From IMG/VR virus record IMGVR_UViG_3300011113_000805, positions 193,179 to 257,178 of that record: a stretch of 64,000 nt of DNA; one strand, 5' to 3'. The notes beneath the pieces are model-generated. The model saw only the letters and a program-made list of their open reading frames with translations, had not been told where the DNA came from and ran no database searches. The position numbers were made by a program, and so were the translations under genes. Below are positions 9,784 through 19,260 of this stretch, in pieces. Each line of letters starts with the position of its first letter. Position 1 is the stretch's first letter.

Positions 9784-10163
9784 TTAGCTCTCCTATGCAA
9801 GCTTGCAATGTGTCCTAGTCTCTATCTATACTCTTCGCGTGATTCTGTCGGTATCATGGAGAAATATGACTAAAAAAGCCCGGGTTTTATTTTTCAGCAT
9901 GACCCTCCCCACCCAGGCGCGCGCGGAGGAAAATTGGGTTGCGGCAAGGAGAGAGGGCACTTTCGGATTTGGAGTGTACACTGGTAACACGGGTAAACGG
10001 TTTTGGGTCGGCGGGAAGGTACTCGGGAAAAAATTTTACTTGCCTTAGGCCCAGAAGACCCACCCGGGAGCCACTGAATATAGCCCCCAGAGATAGCCCT
10101 CAGAAGGGCCCTCGGAAGGGCCCCCAAAATGGGCCCCTTAGACCGGCCCCGGGGAGAGCCCTG

Positions 10164-10406
10164 TCAGCCGGTCCTGCCAGAACCGCCGGCCCCATTTATC
10201 CTTCGGGCGACAGTATCCGTTGCAACGGCCATTGTGACGGCTAGCCAAACTAGCAATACAAATCCTAGCATCCCCAGCAAGGCACCCAACACCGGAAGAA
10301 ACCCCTTCACCACCCCAGGCGAAATGAGATAAATGAGGGTCTCCCAAAACTGGGCAACAAAATCATTCCAAGAAGCAGCAAGAATCATCACTTTCCGTTC
10401 CTCCAA
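10164..10406 (-). CDS. Small membrane protein
   Basis: Long hydrophobic stretch. Confidence 0.45.
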   Translation of the reverse strand: MEERKVMILAASWNDFVAQFWETLIYLISPGVVKGFLPVLGALLGMLGFVLLVWLAVTMAVATDTVARRINGAGGSGRTG

Positions 10407-10666
10407 CCGCTCACCAGATTCTTCAGTCCCTCTTGCAGGTCGGAGGCGTTCTCCATAACCTGAGACTTTGCTTTCAGGTCAAGAAGTTCGGTCTCCTGAT
10501 CGGCACTCAGAACTTTGCACGCCTGCAAAAAGTTCTGCACGAGACGGAAGGCCTCCCGATTCTTCTTTTTGAGTGCGGAAAGCTCCTTGGAAACCCTCTC
10601 AGGGGGATATTCGTTATAATCGATTCCGTCGAAACCTTGCCAATCGTACGATTCGAAATCCGTCAT
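10388..10666 (-). CDS. Hypothetical coiled-coil protein
   Basis: Start MTDFES after GGAG; type A promoter at about 10711-10743. Confidence 0.6.
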   Translation of the reverse strand: MTDFESYDWQGFDGIDYNEYPPERVSKELSALKKKNREAFRLVQNFLQACKVLSADQETELLDLKAKSQVMENASDLQEGLKNLVSGWRNGK

Positions 10667-10775
10667 CGTCACTCCATCTTGGTTCCCTAGGGAATGTCTC
10701 CCCAACATGAAGAACATAATCACTTTTGGGTCAACCGGACAGGTACCGGGAGCACATTTTGAACTTATTTTCTGA

Positions 10776-11291
10776 TCAAGAACCAGATCGAATGTGACTC
10801 AGAAACCATGTCGACAAGGCTTCCTTGGCATCTAAATATTCTGGAAGGTACACTAAATTGTCGACCAATTGACTAGCTGTGATCTTGGCATTCTCCGGCT
10901 TCATTGTCCCAATGAGCAAATTGCGGATTTTCACCTGGAGCCTGGAGCCTGTAATAGAGCATGCTCCCCGTTCGGGCATGTCCAGGATCCACGCGGCAGA
11001 GATGCTCCCGGGATCTTCTACCCATTGATCGATGAGGGCCAAGTCGTTGCGAGCCTCAGCATCCAACGGAATGCCTGCGCAGCCGGTGTGGGTACATACA
11101 CATTCAGTCATGATCTTATCAATGCACCAGCGTCCAATGAGCACAATGTCACGATGTGTGACGATGCCGACATGGGCTCCCTCGGGGTCGAAGAGCACAT
11201 GACCCGGCCGAGCAAGTCCACCCAAGGCGAGCCTCGTCGATGGAAACTTATCGCCCGTTTCCAGGTTGATGAAATAGTAATCGGTGTGCAT
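10776..11291 (-). CDS. Divergent member of the Ala-rich Imm5-like family (Ala tract replaced)
   Basis: HVGIVTHRDIV..RWC, LIDQWVEDP and WFLSHIRSG match the family core. Confidence 0.7.
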   Translation of the reverse strand: MHTDYYFINLETGDKFPSTRLALGGLARPGHVLFDPEGAHVGIVTHRDIVLIGRWCIDKIMTECVCTHTGCAGIPLDAEARNDLALIDQWVEDPGSISAAWILDMPERGACSITGSRLQVKIRNLLIGTMKPENAKITASQLVDNLVYLPEYLDAKEALSTWFLSHIRSGS

Positions 11292-11296
11292 CTGTC

Positions 11297-11340
11297 CTCC
11301 GTATATGATCTGTTATTATGCCGGCAGTGCTTTGTACAGG
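11297..11340 (-). promoter_or_regulatory. Type B repeated promoter/RBS element
   Basis: Minus strand CCTGTACAAAG-N10-TAATAACAGATC...CGGAG. Other copies at about 12224, 12567, 13733, 14454, 16376 (partial), 16921, 17473, 18025, 18573, 19182, 22448, 23677, 24082, 24665, 25204, 30023, 30581, 31159, 31776, 32334, 33534, 52670. Confidence 0.75.
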
Positions 11341-11359
11341 TCACCGTTGCAAATAGTTG

Positions 11360-11653
11360 CTAATTTTTTGATGTGTCTCGTTCAATGAAAGTAACGTCTT
11401 CCTCAACGATGCATATCCACTGAGGAGTTCCGTTGATGAGAAGATGAGCGTAACGCCGCGACATCGTACGGATGTGGGCCATTCTGGTCCAGGCATTCCA
11501 GAAGATATCTCGGCCTCGGCCAGTATATGCGGCATCCAACAGAAGACAGATACGATCTGTCTCATTGTCCCAGCCTCGATCACGCCAATAAAGCATGCCC
11601 CTGAGCAGGATGAGCTCACCAATATGGTCGTTGAGGCGACTAATGAAAGTCAT
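11360..11653 (-). CDS. SH3-like paralog family H protein
   Basis: H.G.LI.L...LYW...RGWD.ETDRIC.LLD...LLI.G.P.W. Confidence 0.7.
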   Translation of the reverse strand: MTFISRLNDHIGELILLRGMLYWRDRGWDNETDRICLLLDAAYTGRGRDIFWNAWTRMAHIRTMSRRYAHLLINGTPQWICIVEEDVTFIERDTSKN

Positions 11654-11934
11654 TCAGCGTCTCCATCGATGAGTTCTATGTTATCAAGCTTCAAGCATAC
11701 CCACCGAGGGATTCCATCAATGAGAAGATGAGCGTAATAATTGTTGTCTCCACCCGGGGTACTCGCGTCAAAGTCGAAATCGTAACTCGTTTGATCCATA
11801 TGAAGAACATCCAGCAGCACACAGATACGATCTGTCTCATCGTCCCAGCCTCGACCTCCCCACCAGTAAAGCTCGGTATTGAGACGGATGAGGCCGCCGG
11901 CGTGGGCCTTGAACCGGTCAAACCTGTGGGTCAT
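11650..11934 (-). CDS. Paralog family H protein
   Basis: Same motifs; ATGA overlap. Confidence 0.7.
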   Translation of the reverse strand: MTHRFDRFKAHAGGLIRLNTELYWWGGRGWDDETDRICVLLDVLHMDQTSYDFDFDASTPGGDNNYYAHLLIDGIPRWVCLKLDNIELIDGDAE

Positions 11935-12218
11935 TCAGCACCTTCATGGAGGAGCTCGATGTCATCCATGTCATGAATCTGGATCCACCGCGGTGCGTCA
12001 TAGATGAAGATCTTTGCGTACGTAAAGGTACGACTGTTCCCGGCTGCGGTCACAGCCTCGACCAGGCCGGGCATGTTGGAGGTCTCCAACAGGAGACAGA
12101 TCGTATCTGTCTCATTGTCCCAGCCTCGACCTCCCCACCAGAAGATCTTGACGTTGAGGCGAATAAGACCACCGGCGTGCGCCTTCAGATCTGAAAGGCA
12201 GACCGTATTCCGTGCCAT
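11931..12218 (-). CDS. Paralog family H protein
   Basis: Same motifs; degenerate type B element upstream. Confidence 0.7.
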   Translation of the reverse strand: MARNTVCLSDLKAHAGGLIRLNVKIFWWGGRGWDNETDTICLLLETSNMPGLVEAVTAAGNSRTFTYAKIFIYDAPRWIQIHDMDDIELLHEGAE

Positions 12219-12269
12219 GAAATCTCCGTGATGTGATCTGTTATGGCGCGGCGACGTTAACGTACATGT

Positions 12270-12560
12270 TCAAGCCTTCTCCTTCCCCTCCACAGTCTTG
12301 CCAGTGACGGGATTGACATAGGACACGTTGAAGTACACCGTGTCCTCATGGGACCATTCGGCGCCAATGATCGTGGCCCGAATGTTGTGACGGCTCCGGA
12401 TTCCATTGATAGGGTCGATGAGGTTTCTTTCAATCATCATCGTCTTGCCCAGCAATGGGGCAATCTGCTTCCGAAGGATCTTGTTCCGGGCGTTCTCGAG
12501 GTCGACCAGCACCGCGTTGCTGAATTCGTCGATATCAGTATCAGTGATCAAACTGGACAT
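12270..12560 (-). CDS. Hypothetical protein
   Basis: Start MSSLITD after the type B GGAG. Confidence 0.65.
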   Translation of the reverse strand: MSSLITDTDIDEFSNAVLVDLENARNKILRKQIAPLLGKTMMIERNLIDPINGIRSRHNIRATIIGAEWSHEDTVYFNVSYVNPVTGKTVEGKEKA

Positions 12561-12654
12561 GTTTCTCTCCGTGATGTGATCTGTTATTATAGTGCCGGCA
12601 CTTTGTACAGGCACTTTGTGCAAAAAGTGCAAAATTTAGGTCACATCACGTGTC

Positions 12655-12739
12655 ACCAGAATGATCCAGGATGTATCATGCCGGCAACCAATGGTAACAT
12701 ATGGATATCTAGCTATGATACATCCTGGATCATTCTGGT
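12655..12739. repeat. 25-bp perfect inverted repeat (hairpin copy 1)
   Basis: accagaatgatccaggatgtatcat / atgatacatcctggatcattctggt. Confidence 0.85.
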
Positions 12740-12788
12740 ACAACAGTGTGATATTCGTGTATGCCATGAGACATGCGCCTTGAACCGG

Positions 12789-13112
12789 TCAAGACCGAAG
12801 GTCATCAGCACCTTCATGGAGGAGTTCAACATCGCAAAAACGGATCTGGACCCACTTAGGTGCACCATCGATGAGAAGGTGCAAGCAATGGCGTGCGTAG
12901 AAGTCACCATGCTGCGCCGCCCACAGGCAATATCGACCCTCGGCATCGACCAAGACGTCTTGGTCGATGCCGGCGGTGTTCAACAGAACACAGATACGAC
13001 CGTGTTTTCGATCAAAGAAGGAGCCTCCTCGCCAGAAGAGATCGGTGCTGAGCCGGACGAGACCGCCGATATGGGACTTGAGCTGCTCACGATTAGGCGC
13101 ATGATCAGTCAT
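12789..13112 (-). CDS. Paralog family H protein
   Basis: SHIGGLVRL...RICVLL...LLIDGAPKW. Confidence 0.7.
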   Translation of the reverse strand: MTDHAPNREQLKSHIGGLVRLSTDLFWRGGSFFDRKHGRICVLLNTAGIDQDVLVDAEGRYCLWAAQHGDFYARHCLHLLIDGAPKWVQIRFCDVELLHEGADDLRS

Positions 13113-13245
13113 TCAAGGTCTCCTTGAATGAGTTCAGCATCATCTTCATGAAGACGCACCCTTCGAGGCTGCATGACGATCGACCACCAGGAAAGGCGCC
13201 TTGTTGCTCGATATCGAGTCGCTCCAAATACGGAGCTGGCCAGGT

Positions 13246-13524
13246 TCAATCCTCATTGAGGTTATACGATCTGCCAGCATCCGGATCGACCCATGGCACG
13301 TCACAACGCGCCTTGGAGGCGTCGCCGTCCATCTCGGGCGTCCAGTCCTGATGGAGCTGGTGCTGATGCTTCAGAGAGTAGATGATGCTATCCACAACAG
13401 CATCAAACTCCGGCGTGTTGAGCGGAACAGGGATCAGCCGCCGGTTGATGAGATCCCAAGCAATGCGGAGTGCAAGGGTTTCGAAGTGATCCACATGGAC
13501 CACCAGGGTATCGATGTTCTGCAT
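13246..13524 (-). CDS. Hypothetical protein
   Basis: Packed ORF with GGAGG RBS. Confidence 0.55.
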   Translation of the reverse strand: MQNIDTLVVHVDHFETLALRIAWDLINRRLIPVPLNTPEFDAVVDSIIYSLKHQHQLHQDWTPEMDGDASKARCDVPWVDPDAGRSYNLNED

Positions 13525-13725
13525 TTACCACCTCCGCCGAGCTGCACCGCCGGCACGTGCGATGTCGTCGAGAGTACAGGCGATCCCGCCCTCCGCGGAG
13601 GTGGTCCATTCCCGGATCTCTTTATTGAGATCACCCTCGTCGAGGATGATGTTGAGCCGCTCCTTGAGGTCAGTGAGGGCGGCATGGATAGCGGTGAGTT
13701 CGGCTTCGAGCTGGGAGTTCGTCAT
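13525..13725 (-). CDS. Hypothetical protein
   Basis: Start MTNSQLE after a type B element. Confidence 0.6.
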   Translation of the reverse strand: MTNSQLEAELTAIHAALTDLKERLNIILDEGDLNKEIREWTTSAEGGIACTLDDIARAGGAARRRW

Positions 13726-13819
13726 ATTCCTCTCCGTGATGTTATCTGTTATTATGGTGACGTCACTTTGTACAGGCACTTTGTGCAAAAAGCACAAATT
13801 TTTGATCACATCACAGTTA

Positions 13820-13904
13820 ACCAGAATGACCCAGGATAGGTTGCAAATTGCGGCCATGGTAACCTATGGATAGGTGCCTGCAATACATCCTGGGTCATTC
13901 AGGT
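13820..13904. repeat. Hairpin copy 2 (covarying homolog of 12655..12739)
   Basis: gaatgacccaggat / atcctgggtcattc; conserved loop ATGGTAAC.TATGGATA. Confidence 0.8.
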
Positions 13905-14189
13905 GCAACAGCGTTGACTTACATGGCCGACTCAAAGCTTCGGATTATCTATCCCTTCTGGCCCCGGAACAGCACCTCCATGAGGGATCAGGTGATGTTC
14001 GAGTTCTCAGCAGCTCGAGCGGCAGAAAGAAAGCTGAGCAGCCCCAGCGGAATCCAGGCAACATGCCAAGGTGCCGGGGCACCAATGGCGAAAAGGATCG
14101 CTCCGGAGGCGAAGAAGGCGCACATCACAGCATTGATATTCATGAGATTCCACAGAGTGATGAATGTTGTTATCGAGATATGCACGTCA

Positions 14190-14447
14190 TCAATCTGTGA
14201 TGATTGCACGGGCCTCGGCGATCGCCCCGATGACGGGCCAGGGGATGGTGACGGCCGAAGTAGGCGGTCCTTCCCAACCCTTCACCCAGATTCCCGTCTC
14301 CCAGACTTCAACCTCCACACCGTAGTACGAGTACGGTGAGAAGACCTGGATCCGGTTCCACTTACACTCAGGGGACCGGATTCGGACTTCCCATCCCTCG
14401 TGGGTGAAGATCTGAGCGCCATACTCATTGGTGATCCAGTTGGTCAT
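14190..14447 (-). CDS. Hypothetical protein
   Basis: Start MTNWITNE after a type B element. Confidence 0.6.
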   Translation of the reverse strand: MTNWITNEYGAQIFTHEGWEVRIRSPECKWNRIQVFSPYSYYGVEVEVWETGIWVKGWEGPPTSAVTIPWPVIGAIAEARAIITD

Positions 14448-14547
14448 ATTCCTCTCCGTGATGAGATCTGTTATTACGGTGCCGGTCATTTGTACAGGCA
14501 CCGCGAGCAAATAGTCGAAAGTTTTTGTCTCACCACGGGACGAGGTA

Positions 14548-15894
14548 TCAATTGCCAGGAAGGGGCTTCTTCATGTAGATGGCGGTCTCACGAGCATCCG
14601 GCTCACCCCAGGCAAGCTTCTGCCCAGGAACCAGAACCCAGGCCCGCCGGATCCGGGAGGCCGCCGGCTTCGAAGCGCCACCGTCGGTGAGGATGATGTA
14701 CCCCTCACACTTCGTCTTGTGGGCGTGCTTCGTCGGTGCATCGAAGTCGGTGCCTCCACAGCGGGTACGGAGGGTCTTCGGCACCGTGCCACGCTTCCAG
14801 GCCAGGGCGTTCTTCTCGTCCACCTCGGTGTCGAAGTAGTAGAGCATGAAGTTCACCCGATGGGAGAGGTGGGCAAGCTCACCGAAGAGGAGGGCGATGT
14901 CATCGTCGGACATGGAACCCGACTGGTCCAGGTAGACGTTGATGGTCGGGACATAGTCCCGGGTGGTGCCCGGGTGAATGCCCGGGTACTTCTTGTTGAG
15001 GCGGAAGACCGACGTCATCCGGTCGGCCCGCTGGGTGCAACCGACGAACTGCCGGAGGACTGCACGCCAGTCGATCTCCCCGATGACCTTCTTCCGGATC
15101 TCCTCCCGCATGGAGACAGGCACCGACCCCCAGGAGTTCTTGGCATCGGCACGCTCGGTCGCCGACTTCACGATCTGGCGCATCTTCCCGGCGACGAACT
15201 CACGATCCTCGTCACTGAGCTCATCCCATCCCTCATGAGAGTCCATCTCGCCGAGGCCGCCTTCACTCTCGCCGGCGCCAGAAGCCTGAGTGTACTCCTT
15301 GAAGTCGGGGTCCTGCATGAGACGAGCGAAGTACTCCTCGCTGGAGAGGTCACGAGGGAGACTCTGCACCAGAGTGCTTACCCGCTTGAGGAGGTCCTGT
15401 CGCTCCTGGGGGAGGGAGGCCATGTCCTTGGGCATCTTCAGCGCACGACCCGGAAGAAGACCACAGGCCGGCATCTCGTCTGCCGAGAGGGTGCAGTTGA
15501 TGGCGAGATCGGTGGCCCAGTTCCAGGCCAGGTGGGGCTGGTACCGGCGGGTCGTGGTGTGCTCGAGCGCGAGGTGCAACGCCTCGTGCTTCAGGATGCC
15601 TCGAACACCAGCCTCCGAGTAGGCCGCCAGGAAGAGCGGGTTCCACCAGAACCGCATGATGCCCTCCTTGAAGAGGACGCCGGCAGTGGGGATGCCTTCG
15701 GTCGCCTCCTTGTGGAGGCTCCGGACGATGTCGGCGTAGAAGGGCTCACGGAAGAGCAAGGCAACGAGATGGGCATCGATGTCGAACCCCGCCGCATCGG
15801 CCTTGAGGCGCTCGATGCTGCGCTCGGGGAAGTCAGGATGCTCAAAGTTGCCCTTGCGGACGAGGGTTTCAGCGGTGCCGGTGTCGTTGGCCAT
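14548..15894 (-). CDS. DUF2201-type putative metallopeptidase + VWA domain protein
   Basis: HEALH (HExxH), WNWATDLAIN, DQSGS (MIDAS), GGTDF, IILTDG. Confidence 0.85.
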   Translation of the reverse strand: MANDTGTAETLVRKGNFEHPDFPERSIERLKADAAGFDIDAHLVALLFREPFYADIVRSLHKEATEGIPTAGVLFKEGIMRFWWNPLFLAAYSEAGVRGILKHEALHLALEHTTTRRYQPHLAWNWATDLAINCTLSADEMPACGLLPGRALKMPKDMASLPQERQDLLKRVSTLVQSLPRDLSSEEYFARLMQDPDFKEYTQASGAGESEGGLGEMDSHEGWDELSDEDREFVAGKMRQIVKSATERADAKNSWGSVPVSMREEIRKKVIGEIDWRAVLRQFVGCTQRADRMTSVFRLNKKYPGIHPGTTRDYVPTINVYLDQSGSMSDDDIALLFGELAHLSHRVNFMLYYFDTEVDEKNALAWKRGTVPKTLRTRCGGTDFDAPTKHAHKTKCEGYIILTDGGASKPAASRIRRAWVLVPGQKLAWGEPDARETAIYMKKPLPGN

Positions 15895-15986
15895 GTTGCT
15901 TTCCTCTCGGTGATGATATCTATTATTCACTTTTGAGCCCGGAGGACACCCCTCGGCACACCTTTTTTGCAACTATTTTTAGAGGA

Positions 15987-16310
15987 TCAATCACCCAATT
16001 GATGGCCGGGCGGGACAATGCAGGTGTTGCCATTGGCGATGGCTGTGAGCTGCCCACTGTGGTAGAGGGCAATCCGACGGGCCGCGACCAGGTGCTTCCC
16101 GCTGAGCCGGCGGCCGGAACGGACCCACTCGGCATAGTAGGAACCAGACCGGCTGCTCCACCCAGCAAACCCACGACCATTGTGATGGCTGGCCGTCTGG
16201 GCAATCTGCTCATCGGCCGTTTGACGTTCCCAAAGAGCCACCATCGCACGCTCGACCCATCGATCCTGAGTTGAAAGCTTTTCTTCGATAGCTTCGCGGG
16301 TCCACTTCAT
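15987..16310 (-). CDS. Hypothetical phage protein
   Basis: Start MKWTRE after GGAG; RQTADEQ...NGRGF. Confidence 0.65.
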   Translation of the reverse strand: MKWTREAIEEKLSTQDRWVERAMVALWERQTADEQIAQTASHHNGRGFAGWSSRSGSYYAEWVRSGRRLSGKHLVAARRIALYHSGQLTAIANGNTCIVPPGHQLGD

Positions 16311-16421
16311 GTGATGTCTCCTGTGAAGTTGGTTAGATGCGAAAGTCGACCAGGCTTGGTCCTTCATGGAGGCGTCATTAGTATCGGCACTTTGTACAGG
16401 CGCCGAGAGAAAATAGCTGAA

Positions 16422-16913
16422 CTATTTTCCGGACTGGAGGTGTTCAACCAGCCACTTAGCTTGGACTTCGTACGAAGTAGCCTCGGCAGCCCGAGCAGCC
16501 CGAGCAGCAGCTCCAGCAGCACGAGCAGCCTCAGCAGCAGCCCAAGTAGCCCCAGCATCAGCAGCAGCAGCAGCCCAAGCAGCACGAGCAGCCCAAGCAG
16601 CAGCCCGAGCAACACGAGCAGCCCAAGCAGCAGCTTCCAGCTCCTCAGAAGTGATGCTCTTCTCATCCTCCAGCCACCGGTCCACCAAGGACAGGGCATG
16701 TGTCACACTCTGATCCGGCTCACGTCCTGATCGAGCCAGTGCCTCACCGGCACACCATCGGGAAAATGACACCAGGTCCCGATGGGTGATGATACCAATG
16801 TGCTCCCGGCCTTGCAGGAGGATGCAGTTGAGCTGGAGGTTTCGTGTCAGCTCTGCCTCAGACAGAGTCGTCTGCTCACCGGTGACGGGATCAACCAGGA
16901 CGTACTGGGTCAT
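16422..16913 (-). CDS. Ala-rich Imm5-like paralog
   Basis: GIITHRDLV.F.RWCA / VDRWLED / AAW-AAR tract / QA.WLVEHLQSGK. Confidence 0.8.
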   Translation of the reverse strand: MTQYVLVDPVTGEQTTLSEAELTRNLQLNCILLQGREHIGIITHRDLVSFSRWCAGEALARSGREPDQSVTHALSLVDRWLEDEKSITSEELEAAAWAARVARAAAWAARAAWAAAAADAGATWAAAEAARAAGAAARAARAAEATSYEVQAKWLVEHLQSGK

Positions 16914-16920
16914 GAGATAT

Positions 16921-16994
16921 CTCCGTGATGAGATCTGTTATTACGGTGCCGGCACTTTGTACAGGCACCGAGAGAAAATAGCTGAACTATTTTC
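16921..16994 (-). promoter_or_regulatory. Type B element with UP-region inverted repeat GAAAATAG-N5-CTATTTTC containing the upstream stop codon
   Basis: Representative full-length copy; palindromic spacer gtgccggcac. Confidence 0.75.
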
Positions 16995-17466
16995 CGGACT
17001 GGAGGTGCTCCACAAGCCACTTGGCTTGGGTTTCATATGAAGCAGCCTCAACAGCCCAAGCAGCCCGAGCAGCAGACCGAGCAGCCCAAGCAGCATCAGC
17101 AGCCCAAGTAGCATCAGCTGCAGCCCAAGCAGCCCAAGCAACATCAGCAGCATCAGCAGCAGCAGCCTCAGCAGCCCCAGCAGCAGCTTCCAGCTCCTCA
17201 GGAGTAACACTCTGCTGGTCCTCCAGCCATCGATCGACCATGGTCAGAGCATGGATCGACCTCTGATCAGGCTCATCCACCAGCAGCGTCAGCATCTCAC
17301 CGGCACACCACCGAGCAAATGCGACCAAGTCTCGGTGGGTGATGATGCCAATGTGCTCCCGGCCTTGCAGGAGCACGCAATTCTGTCTGAGGTTTCGTAT
17401 CAGTTCGACCTCAGGCAGAATCGACTGCTCACCGGTGACGGGATCGATCAAAGTGTACTGGTGCAT
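16987..17466 (-). CDS. Ala-rich Imm5-like paralog
   Basis: Family motifs; start MHQYTL. Confidence 0.8.
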   Translation of the reverse strand: MHQYTLIDPVTGEQSILPEVELIRNLRQNCVLLQGREHIGIITHRDLVAFARWCAGEMLTLLVDEPDQRSIHALTMVDRWLEDQQSVTPEELEAAAGAAEAAAADAADVAWAAWAAADATWAADAAWAARSAARAAWAVEAASYETQAKWLVEHLQSGK

Positions 17467-17538
17467 GTCGAGCTCCGTGATGAGATCTGTTATTATGGCT
17501 AAGCCACTTTGTACAGGTCCTGGGAGCAAATAGTTGAA

Positions 17539-18018
17539 CTATTTTCCGGACTGGAGGTGTTCAACCAGCCACTGAGTTTGAACTTCATATGAAGTAGCCC
17601 TGGCAGCAGTCTGAGCAGTCCGAGCAGCCCAAACAGCAGCCTCAGCAGCCCGATCAGCAGCCATGGTAGTAGTCCAAGAAGCAGCCTCAGCAGCCCGATC
17701 AGCAGCCATGGTAGCAGTCCGAGCATCATAAGCAGCAGCTACCAGCTCCTCAGAAGTGACGCTCTTCTCGTTCTCCAGCCACCGGTCCACCAAGGACAGG
17801 GCATGTGTCACCTTCAGGTCAGGCTCATCCACCAGCAGCGTCAACGTCTCACCGGCACACCATCGAGCAAAGGCGACCAGGTCCCGGTGGGTGATGATGC
17901 CCAGATGCTCATTCCCTCGAAGAAGGATGCAGCTGAGCTGGAGGTTTCGGGTGAGCTCAAGCTCCGACAGAGTCGTCTGCTCACCGGTGACGGGATCGAT
18001 CAAAGTGTACTGGTGCAT
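17539..18018 (-). CDS. Ala-rich Imm5-like paralog
   Basis: Family motifs; start MHQYTL. Confidence 0.8.
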   Translation of the reverse strand: MHQYTLIDPVTGEQTTLSELELTRNLQLSCILLRGNEHLGIITHRDLVAFARWCAGETLTLLVDEPDLKVTHALSLVDRWLENEKSVTSEELVAAAYDARTATMAADRAAEAASWTTTMAADRAAEAAVWAARTAQTAARATSYEVQTQWLVEHLQSGK

Positions 18019-18090
18019 GTCAAGCTCCGTGATGAGATCTGTTATTATGGCTGAGCCACTTTGTACAGGTCCTGGGAGCAAATAGTTGAA

Positions 18091-18567
18091 CTATTTTCCG
18101 GACTGGAGGTGCTCCACAAGCCACTGAGCTTGAGACTCGTACAAAAGCCCACGACTCCCAGCATCCCAAGCAGCCCCGGCAGCAGCCCAAGCAGCAGCCC
18201 CAGCAGTCCGAGCAGCCTCAGCAGCCTCAGCAGCAGCCCGAGCAGCCCGAGCAGCCTGAGCAGCCCGAGCAGCAGCCCCAGCAGCAGCTTCCAGCTCCTC
18301 AGGTGTAACACTCTGCTGATCCTCAAGCCACTGGTCCACCAAGGACAGGGCATGTGTCACCTTCAGGTCAGGCTCATCCACCAGCAGCGTCAGCGTCTCA
18401 CCGGCACACCATCGAGCAAAGGCGACCAGGTCCCGGTGGGTGATGATGCCCAGATGCTCATTCCCTCGAAGAAGGATGCAGCTGAGCTGGAGGTTTCGGG
18501 TGAGGTCGATCTCAGACAGAAAAGTTTGCTTACCGGTGACAGAATCAACCAAGGTGTACCGGGACAT
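18091..18567 (-). CDS. Ala-rich Imm5-like paralog
   Basis: Family motifs. Confidence 0.8.
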   Translation of the reverse strand: MSRYTLVDSVTGKQTFLSEIDLTRNLQLSCILLRGNEHLGIITHRDLVAFARWCAGETLTLLVDEPDLKVTHALSLVDQWLEDQQSVTPEELEAAAGAAARAAQAARAARAAAEAAEAARTAGAAAWAAAGAAWDAGSRGLLYESQAQWLVEHLQSGK

Positions 18568-18638
18568 GAGAACTCCGTGATGAGATCTGTTATTTCGGCT
18601 GAGTCGCTTTGTACAGGCGCCGACGGAAAATAGCTGAA

Positions 18639-19172
18639 CTATTTTCCGGACTGGAGGTGCTGCTCAAACCACTGAGCTTGGACTTCGTATGAAGTAGCTC
18701 CGGCAGCAGCTCCAGCAGCCCGAGCAGCCCAAACAGCAGCCTCAGCAGCCCGATCAGCAGCCATGGTAGCAGCCCAAGAAGCAGTCTGAGCAGCAGCATG
18801 AGCAGCCCAAGCAGCAGTCTGAGCAGCAATATGAGCAGCCCAAGAAGCCCGAGCAGCAGCCCAAGCAGCCTGAGCAGCTGCTTCAGCAGCGTCTTTCAGC
18901 TCCTCATTGCTGAGGCTCCTCTCATCCTCCAGCCACCGGTCCACCAAGGACAGGGCATGTGTCACCTTCAGGTCAGGCTCATCCACCAGCAGCTTCAGCA
19001 TCTCACCGGCACACCATCGAATGAAGATGACCAGGTCCCGGTGGGTGATGATGCCCAGATGCTCATTCCCTCGAAGAAGGAGGTAGCCAATCTGGAGGTT
19101 TCGGGTGAGCTTAAGCTCCGACAGAGTCCACTGCCGGCCGGTGGCAGGATCAATCAAAGTGTATTTAGGCAT
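18639..19172 (-). CDS. Ala-rich Imm5-like paralog
   Basis: Family motifs. Confidence 0.8.
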   Translation of the reverse strand: MPKYTLIDPATGRQWTLSELKLTRNLQIGYLLLRGNEHLGIITHRDLVIFIRWCAGEMLKLLVDEPDLKVTHALSLVDRWLEDERSLSNEELKDAAEAAAQAAWAAARASWAAHIAAQTAAWAAHAAAQTASWAATMAADRAAEAAVWAARAAGAAAGATSYEVQAQWFEQHLQSGK

Positions 19173-19260
19173 TTCCGAAGCTCCGTGATGAGATCTGTTA
19201 TTATGGCTGAGCCACTTTGTACAGGTCCCGGGAGCACTTTTCTAAAAATGTTTACTCCTT

